From: Balneolaceae bacterium
GTDB taxonomy: Bacteria > Bacteroidota > Rhodothermia > Balneolales > Balneolaceae
NCBI GenBank assembly: GCA_040882505.1
Contig: JBBEBE010000013.1
Coordinates: forward strand, 99,518 to 131,517
DNA: 32,000 nucleotides
Direction of reading: 5' to 3'
The position numbers were made by a program, and so were the translations under genes. Numbering within the stretch: position 1 is the first letter of the stretch; each line of letters opens with the position of its first letter. Below are positions 16,557 to 22,244 of the stretch, in pieces. The notes beneath the pieces are model-generated. The model ran no database searches, was not told where the DNA came from, and saw only the letters and a list, made by a program, of their open reading frames with translations.

Positions 16557-18194
16557 TTACCCCTTGTCCGATGCCATGAGTGCCCGAACCACTTGAGCGG
16601 CTTCGGCCGGTTTCCCTTCGGCAAACTCCTTGATCTCGTCAAGCACTTGATCATTCAATTCAAGTTGCTTGCGCGCACGAAGACTCAGCTTGTTGCTCAC
16701 AAACTCATCCATATCAATTTCTCTCGTCACCGGTTTATCCTCCTCGACCCAATCGACGTGTTCCACCTCCTCTGATTCTCTTAATGAGGCCGGTACAAGA
16801 GCCCCCGGATTCTGATCGAATCGATTTCGGAAGGATCGAACCAGCCAAAGAAGTATGCCGAATGTGAACAGTATGAGTACCCAACGCATGGTCTCTTGTG
16901 GCGGGAAGTAGGCACCGGGAGTCCACGGGGACGAATCCATTTGCGGGTCGAAAAACTGAATTTGTGTCATCGCAAGTTCATCCCCGCGTACAGCCTGAAT
17001 CCCCAGTGCAAGTCGAACGATCTCGTGCAGCTCCCGAAGTTCTTGATCGCTGTATGGTTCGTCGACCCACGTTGTCTCCCCATTCGGTCCCGTTTGCGGT
17101 GTCTGTTTGAAGTTGAGCAGTACCGAAGCATTCAGATGTTTGATCTCACCTTGTGCCTGCTCCACCACCTCCCGGGTTCGGCTTACATCATAATTCCGCA
17201 CATCCGACAGGACTTCGCTGTCATCATTTCCGGTAATCACTGTCTGCCCCCGGTCGGCCAAGGGTGTAAAATCGTCAAATGGAACCTGCTCGCGCTGCTC
17301 CTGATTGCGTGTGTCTGCATGCCGCTCTTCCGAGATGACCACCCGACTTTCGGGATCGATCAACTCTGATTCCCGAACCGTTCGGTCAAAGTCATGCTCC
17401 ACGCTTACCCGAAGTACACTGTTCCCGGGACCGAGTACACGATCCAGCATACTCTGTCCCTGTTCACGCAAATAATCCTCGGTTTGGCGGCGAGCTTTCA
17501 TCTGCATGGATCCGGATGCAATTTCTGTGTGACTCTCCAACTCGTCCGTCAACCGATTTCCATTCTGATCCAGTACGGTAATCTGGTCCACTTCCAACCC
17601 CTCGACACTCCCCGAAACCAGCGAGGCAATTCCCTCAACTTGCTGCGGACGAAGCGTTCTTCCTCTGCGAAGTTTAAGCAGAACGGATGCGGATGCCTCC
17701 ACACTCGCCTCTCGAAACGGTCGCCGCTCGGGCAGCACCAAATGCACTCGACTCGATTCGACTTGCTCCAGCGTGTTGATCGATCGGGAAAGTTCCCCTT
17801 CCATGGCTCGTTTATTGTTCACCTGCTGCATGAAATCCGTCATGCCCAGAGCGTTTTCATCAAACAGCTCATATCCACGCACATCCGCTTCACCAAACCC
17901 CTCCGATGCCATCAGAAGACGCATCTCGTGTACCTGACTACTCTGTACATGAATCGACCGCCCTCCATTCTCCAACCGGTAGGCGACACCTTGTTCTTCG
18001 AGTGTCTGGACCATCCGGTGTGCCACATCCGGCTCGACCGACCCATACAGGAGTGCATAATCGGGTTTCAGAACCCAATAAAAGAGTGTTCCAATCATGA
18101 CAAGAACCAACAGGGAGATTCCTCCCATCAGGACACGTTGTGCCATGGGCAGAGGGCCCAAAAATTCCTGTACCGATTCTCCGATCTGTTTCAT
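16557..18194 (-). CDS. fliF: Flagellar MS-ring protein FliF
   Basis: 545 aa. N-terminal TM (LMGGISLLVLVMIGTLFYWVL), a YscJ/FliF periplasmic region (SSRVHLVLPERRPF), and a C-terminal TM (WVLILFTFGILLWLV). Confidence 0.92.
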   Translation of the reverse strand: MKQIGESVQEFLGPLPMAQRVLMGGISLLVLVMIGTLFYWVLKPDYALLYGSVEPDVAHRMVQTLEEQGVAYRLENGGRSIHVQSSQVHEMRLLMASEGFGEADVRGYELFDENALGMTDFMQQVNNKRAMEGELSRSINTLEQVESSRVHLVLPERRPFREASVEASASVLLKLRRGRTLRPQQVEGIASLVSGSVEGLEVDQITVLDQNGNRLTDELESHTEIASGSMQMKARRQTEDYLREQGQSMLDRVLGPGNSVLRVSVEHDFDRTVRESELIDPESRVVISEERHADTRNQEQREQVPFDDFTPLADRGQTVITGNDDSEVLSDVRNYDVSRTREVVEQAQGEIKHLNASVLLNFKQTPQTGPNGETTWVDEPYSDQELRELHEIVRLALGIQAVRGDELAMTQIQFFDPQMDSSPWTPGAYFPPQETMRWVLILFTFGILLWLVRSFRNRFDQNPGALVPASLRESEEVEHVDWVEEDKPVTREIDMDEFVSNKLSLRARKQLELNDQVLDEIKEFAEGKPAEAAQVVRALMASDKG

Positions 18195-18241
18195 CTATCT
18201 TTTTTGATTCACTGGAATCTACCCGACCCGACAATCTTCGG

Positions 18242-18562
18242 TCAGATCTGCATCCGGCTGATCTCGTGATACGCATCCAGAACTTTGTTTCGAATTTCGA
18301 CCATCATTTGAAAACTGACCTGAGAACGCTGCATGGCGATCATGACATCGTGAACATTCTCAGTCTTCCCGGCCACAAAATCTGCCGTTGCCTGGTCACT
18401 CTCTTTCATGGTCTCGTCGACGCTCCGTATCGCACCACTCAACATATCCGAGAATGACTCGTCTTGATCGCCTGTGGCTTGTGGAGCCTCTGTCGGAGAA
18501 AGCCGTCCCCTCTCGAGGGACTCCAGAGAGGGCAGTGCGGGAAATTGAATGGGATCTGCCAT
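18242..18562 (-). CDS. fliE: Flagellar hook-basal body complex protein FliE
   Basis: FSDMLSGAIRSVDETMKESDQATADFVAGKTENVHDVMIAMQRSQVSFQMMVEIRNKVLDAYHEISRMQI is the canonical FliE C-terminal two-thirds. Confidence 0.92.
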   Translation of the reverse strand: MADPIQFPALPSLESLERGRLSPTEAPQATGDQDESFSDMLSGAIRSVDETMKESDQATADFVAGKTENVHDVMIAMQRSQVSFQMMVEIRNKVLDAYHEISRMQI

Positions 18563-18602
18563 ATTGTTTTGCTAGGAGTGCGTATTTCTGTTCAACCCCG
18601 AA

Positions 18603-18839
18603 TCAACCTCGCCAATCCAGATTCCGACCACGTTCGAGGGAAATTTGTGAAGCTTCGCCGCTACGATTGTACCGAACGGATGATTGTTCCGGGTCAAACT
18701 CCTCCCGAATCATCGTCTCCTCGTCCATTGTCAATTCGGGTAACTGAGACTGCTGAGCATGCGTCCGTATACCGGACACGGATCGGGTGTTCTGTATACT
18801 CTCTGTCATACGTGTCGACTGTATCGAATCCATCATCAC
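18603..18839 (-). CDS. Hypothetical small hydrophilic protein (78 aa) between flgC and fliE
   Basis: It is the only same-strand ORF filling the 289-nt flgC-fliE gap, with GTG-ATG-ATG start options at 18839/18836/18833. The product is Ser/Gln/Glu/Arg-rich with an imperfect internal repeat (DSIQSTR / ESIQNTR). There is no TM helix, no recognised family and no clear SD. Confidence 0.4.
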   Translation of the reverse strand: MMMDSIQSTRMTESIQNTRSVSGIRTHAQQSQLPELTMDEETMIREEFDPEQSSVRYNRSGEASQISLERGRNLDWRG

Positions 18840-18851
18840 ATCTCTGTTTGG

Positions 18852-19355
18852 TTAGATTTCCAAGGCTCTTTTGATCATCTGCTTCTCTGCCTCGATACTC
18901 GACAGATTCGCTTCATACAGACGATTCGCCTTTACCATGTTTACCGTCTCCCGGATCATGTCTATCTCCGGATATTGAACCATACCCTCTTCATCGGCAT
19001 CCGGATGTGTTGGATCATACTCCATACGGACCTGTTCCGTTCGGACCACCTCATGGGACGGGCCGAACCCCCCTCTCTCCTGTCCAATTCCCCTCGATCT
19101 TGAATCGACTCCCTCCAAATGTTCCGGACGGGTGCGCTGGAGTGTCGTTATGCTTTCACGAAGCAGTGAATGAAATTGCCGGGGTTTCGCCGGCTGTGAA
19201 TCCACTTTTTCCGGCATATATGCGTCCGGTGCTCCCGGACGGCTGGCGGTCTCGGCATGGGCAATATTGCGGGCGGCCGCCTGCAGGGCTGTTCGCTGTT
19301 GCGACAAACCCTGTGCTGCCGTTTGAAACGTGGAAAAGAGTCGATCAGGAAGCAT
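18852..19355 (-). CDS. flgC: Flagellar basal-body rod protein FlgC
   Basis: N-terminal rod motif AARNIAHAETAS, a central YDPTHPDADEEGMVQYPEID, and C-terminal ETVNMVKANRLYEANLSSIEAEKQMIKRALEI. Confidence 0.9.
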   Translation of the reverse strand: MLPDRLFSTFQTAAQGLSQQRTALQAAARNIAHAETASRPGAPDAYMPEKVDSQPAKPRQFHSLLRESITTLQRTRPEHLEGVDSRSRGIGQERGGFGPSHEVVRTEQVRMEYDPTHPDADEEGMVQYPEIDMIRETVNMVKANRLYEANLSSIEAEKQMIKRALEI

Positions 19356-19384
19356 GGTTTATCCGATTGGTTGTATCAGGAGAG

Positions 19385-19729
19385 TCAACGGTTCATTCCG
19401 GTAATTCCGGTTCTCATCATCTCGAAATGGTGTCTTAGAGACCGCGTTGCGACATTCACGCGTACCTGGGTATCACTCATTTCCAGTAATTCATCCTCCA
19501 AAACAACCGGATCTTCCGTCCATTCGATCGAGGGTGTCACCTTGTTCATTTCGTCAATCCCCCCCTGTTCATCTGCCCGGCGCAGCTCTTCCTCGAATCG
19601 TACCTCTTTTCGGGCGTAGTCCGGGGTATCGGCGTGAGAAATATTGCTTGCTGTAACACGCTGTCTCAACGAGTAGCCATCCATGGCTCGAGAGAGCAGA
19701 CGGCTGTAGGCACTATCAATCAAACTCAT
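19385..19729 (-). CDS. flgB: Flagellar basal-body rod protein FlgB
   Basis: LRQRVTASNISHADTPDYARKEV is the FlgB N-terminal rod motif. The ATG at 19729 has SD GGAGGAtgtg. ATG at 19741 is an alternative. The ORF-track start at 19801 would place the sigma-54 promoter inside the gene. Confidence 0.9.
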   Translation of the reverse strand: MSLIDSAYSRLLSRAMDGYSLRQRVTASNISHADTPDYARKEVRFEEELRRADEQGGIDEMNKVTPSIEWTEDPVVLEDELLEMSDTQVRVNVATRSLRHHFEMMRTGITGMNR

Positions 19730-19771
19730 CACATCCTCCATCTCAAGGAATTCGGGTACCGCAAGAGGGTC

Positions 19772-19787
19772 TGCAAGAGTTGTGCCA
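19772..19787 (-). promoter_or_regulatory. Sigma-54 (RpoN) -24/-12 promoter upstream of flgB
   Basis: The minus strand 19787->19772 reads TGGCACaactcTTGCA, an exact match to TGGCAC-N5-TTGCW. It lies ~43 nt upstream of the SD-preceded flgB ATG (19729). Confidence 0.75.
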
Positions 19788-19914
19788 CATCCATCATTCA
19801 AGGGTGGTCGAAGCTACACCAGCCTCCAGGGACGGAACCTGTATCATCTCCGGATCCACTTTTTCCCGTGAACTGGAACATTTTTCCACCCACAGCGATT
19901 AATACTACATTCAG

Positions 19915-19941
19915 TTAAGCCGGAGTCCGGTATGCTGATAA
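19915..19941 (+). promoter_or_regulatory. Weaker sigma-28-like promoter candidate overlapping the annotated start of the PAS kinase gene
   Basis: The plus strand reads TTAAG-ccggagtccggtat-GCTGATAA followed by ttGAGGGAGG. It has the same TTAAG-N14 geometry as the motA and ORF165 sites, but the -10 carries CTGATAA instead of CCGATAA. Confidence 0.3.
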
Positions 19942-21110
19942 TTGAGGGAGGTTTCCAACACGATTCAGAATTGAAACAACGAATGATGACGCACTCTGCA
20001 AGTTTAGTTCCGGCTCCTTCCCAAGAACACCCGAAAAATTCGGCCTCCATGACCTTACCCCTACCCATGCCACTCGACGATGGAGACCCGCTCTGGCACG
20101 CATTGCGTGATTTTCTGAATCGTCAACCCGCACCGACTGTCATTCTTCAAACGTCTGACCGCAGAATCTGTCTGAGTAATGAAGCATTCACCAGATTCGG
20201 ATCCAGACAAGTCCTCGGATTACCTGTCGATCGCTTCTTGAAATGGATTCCTTCCAGCACTCTTTACAAGCCGTGTCGATACTTCGGTCGCTGGTTTGTG
20301 GCAACCGAAATGCCTTTGCCCCGCCACATTCGTCATGTCGACCCATCGGCTATCCAAAATTCAGATTTGCTCGCAAGAACCAATCTGTTCTCCATTTTCC
20401 AGCTTCAAGAGCCCGGTCATCTTCCGTCACTCGAAACCTTGCGTGCCATTCGGCAGATGACCGCTGTTCTGCTACATCGGTTTCGTTCCCCGTTGACCGG
20501 TATACAAGGGTATCTCGAGCTAATGGACCCCTCACTCAAAAACTCCGAAAACCACCTTCGAATCGGCAGAATCCAGCATCAACTGGATCAACTATTCAAT
20601 CTCATGGATCAACTGGAAGAACTCTATCATCTACCCGAACAGACATCCAATCGGGAACCTCTACAGCAGATCGACCTTCCCGCACTGATCGGAAAGATCC
20701 GAAATCGATTTCCGGACACTCGAAAAGAACGTATTTGCGACCAGTTTCAAGACGATGCCTTCTCTGTTCTGGGCCGACCGTCTCTCATCGAACCCATCCT
20801 GTATGAGTTGATTCAAAATGCACTGGAAAGTGATCGAAACGGTACCCATATCGTTTCCATCTCACTATCGGCCGACCAGGTCATCCGTGTACGGAATGAC
20901 GGTCCCATCATCTCCGACTCCATTTCCCACCGAATTTTTGATCCCTTCGTGACAAAGCACGCCTCTCATCTCGGACTCGGACTCACTCGGGCCTCCCTTT
21001 GGGCCGGACTTGAGGGTGGATGTATCTATCTCACAGATAATTGTAAAGAAAAAGGGGTCAGCTTCTCCGTCTGCCTCCCAGAGAGCCACCAACCAAATCC
21101 GATTTGTTAA
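19932..21110 (+). CDS. Cytoplasmic sensor histidine kinase (short PAS-like N-domain, HisKA, HATPase_c)
   Basis: H-box LLHRFRSPLTGIQGYLELM, N-box LIQNALES, G1-like VRNDGPII, F-box IFDPFVT and G2 HLGLGLTRA. No TM segment. The PAS-like region is LWHALRDFLNRQPAPTVILQTSDRRICLSNEAFTRFG. The start is uncertain: ATG 19932 or ATGATG 19983. Confidence 0.85.
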   Translation: MLIIEGGFQHDSELKQRMMTHSASLVPAPSQEHPKNSASMTLPLPMPLDDGDPLWHALRDFLNRQPAPTVILQTSDRRICLSNEAFTRFGSRQVLGLPVDRFLKWIPSSTLYKPCRYFGRWFVATEMPLPRHIRHVDPSAIQNSDLLARTNLFSIFQLQEPGHLPSLETLRAIRQMTAVLLHRFRSPLTGIQGYLELMDPSLKNSENHLRIGRIQHQLDQLFNLMDQLEELYHLPEQTSNREPLQQIDLPALIGKIRNRFPDTRKERICDQFQDDAFSVLGRPSLIEPILYELIQNALESDRNGTHIVSISLSADQVIRVRNDGPIISDSISHRIFDPFVTKHASHLGLGLTRASLWAGLEGGCIYLTDNCKEKGVSFSVCLPESHQPNPIC

Positions 21111-21135
21111 AAATTTTTAATGTTTGCTTTTTTCG

Positions 21136-21144
21136 TGGTATACT
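21136..21144 (+). promoter_or_regulatory. Candidate extended -10 promoter element (TGgTATACT) for the DHp-only gene
   Basis: TGgTATACT lies ~105 nt upstream of ATG 21250, just after the AT palindrome TTAAAAATTTTTAA (21107-21120). No convincing -35 was seen. Confidence 0.3.
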
Positions 21145-21249
21145 CCTCTTGGAATCAGAGTAGTGAGACAGATCGATTGAACGTGGGTCCGCGTTTCCAA
21201 AACAACCGGGTCGGCTGTTTCAACAGAACAACATGAGTAGGTTTCTGCT

Positions 21250-21603
21250 ATGAAAATATCCAATCAGGGCGGCAAACGTCCTTGCAATCGGCTTGCATCG
21301 AAAACAACACTTCCGGAACAGCCTGTACGAGACCGACTACACGACATTATGTCTCCTCTGAACGCCGTCTCCGGATATGTGGAGATGCTCCAGTCAAGTA
21401 CACATGATCCGAATGCTAACGAGCGGCTTGACCGGTACAGCCGAAAGATCGCTCAAGGACTGGAACAGATCTCCGATCAGCTGGAGGAGCTTCAACAATT
21501 CTGCGCAACCAGTGCATCCCGTGACGTCACGGGAATCCGACGTGTGAATCGTGAGGAGAAACGCCGGTCGAGGCGATCAATGGTCTCCGGAATGCCATTC
21601 TGA
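21250..21603 (+). CDS. Stand-alone HisKA/DHp-domain protein (117 aa, no catalytic ATPase domain)
   Basis: H-box RLHDIMSPLNAVSGYVEMLQ (His31) and a second helix ERLDRYSRKIAQGLEQISDQLEELQQF form a complete DHp hairpin. A basic tail RRVNREEKRRSRRS follows. No N/G1/F/G2 boxes occur in this or the other downstream frames. Confidence 0.7.
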   Translation: MKISNQGGKRPCNRLASKTTLPEQPVRDRLHDIMSPLNAVSGYVEMLQSSTHDPNANERLDRYSRKIAQGLEQISDQLEELQQFCATSASRDVTGIRRVNREEKRRSRRSMVSGMPF

Positions 21604-21625
21604 ACCATCTTCTCAGGAGAATTCA

Positions 21626-22123
21626 TCAAACAATCATATGAAAGTGGATCCCTTTGGAAGTTGTGTAAAGCTGCATCTGGATTAAATAGAGCCGGTCACG
21701 GTGTGCCGGCACGCCTGAAATGCGGTGTTGACGACCGCTGAGGATCTCAGTTTTCACAGACTGGTTCTCGATCGGTTTCGCACCGGCATTCGATGACTCC
21801 CCACGCCGAATTCGCGACCGAATGGACAGTATTTCATCGTGATTCGGCGTCAGAAAAAACCGAACCATCTTGTGATACCCCCGATCAAAAATCAAATCCA
21901 GAACCGTCTCTTCTCCGGTACCCAGAGCCTGCTCCACCCAGGAAAGATTCTCCTTGGAAGAGGGCTCTTTTCGAGCCGGAGGCTGTTCTTCTTCATCCTC
22001 CAATCGGAGCATGGAAAAGAGGTCGGCAAGCTGTTTGTACGGGGCATATGCAGATACCTGCCGAACCCCTTTGAGAGCTTTTCCCGAGGACCACGACACT
22101 GGACGAACCACTGAATCTACCAT
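21626..22123 (-). CDS. Hypothetical protein (165 aa), apparently sigma-28-dependent
   Basis: It is the longest ORF in the 640-nt region between the flanking genes. SD GGAGtaagtcATG. A sigma-28-type promoter lies ~70 nt upstream. No TM segment and no family recognised. Confidence 0.6.
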   Translation of the reverse strand: MVDSVVRPVSWSSGKALKGVRQVSAYAPYKQLADLFSMLRLEDEEEQPPARKEPSSKENLSWVEQALGTGEETVLDLIFDRGYHKMVRFFLTPNHDEILSIRSRIRRGESSNAGAKPIENQSVKTEILSGRQHRISGVPAHRDRLYLIQMQLYTTSKGIHFHMIV

Positions 22124-22192
22124 GACTTACTCCAACACAATTGCACAGAATATGAACTCCAAACCGGACGTACCAAACTACGGGTACTCTCC

Positions 22193-22219
22193 TTATCGGA
22201 TCATCGCCTGATTGCTTAA
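22193..22219 (-). promoter_or_regulatory. Sigma-28 (FliA)-type promoter upstream of the 165-aa hypothetical ORF
   Basis: The minus strand reads TTAA-GCAATCAGGCGATGA-TCCGATAA-GGAG. It shares the 15-nt spacing, the GATGA preceding the -10 and the trailing GGAG with the motA promoter. Confidence 0.6.
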
Positions 22220-22244
22220 ACAGATACTTCGTGAATGATGTTGA

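Noticed and set aside
15008-16579. Very long (523 aa) plus-strand ORF
   Set aside because: It is entirely antisense to fliH and fliG, whose translations carry unmistakable family motifs. Its own product is an unnatural L/H/F-rich low-complexity sequence with no motif. This is a typical shadow ORF.
20094-20108. TGGCACgcatTGCg on the plus strand, sigma-54-like
   Set aside because: The GG-to-GC spacing is 2 nt too short for a -24/-12 element, and the site lies inside the kinase coding sequence.
21710-21820. Possible PilZ (c-di-GMP) motifs in the 165-aa ORF: RSRIRR, then RISGVP ~27 residues later
   Set aside because: The second motif does not fit (D/N)xSxxG, and only ~27 residues follow it, too few for a PilZ barrel. 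The resemblance is not supportable by eye and would need a profile search.
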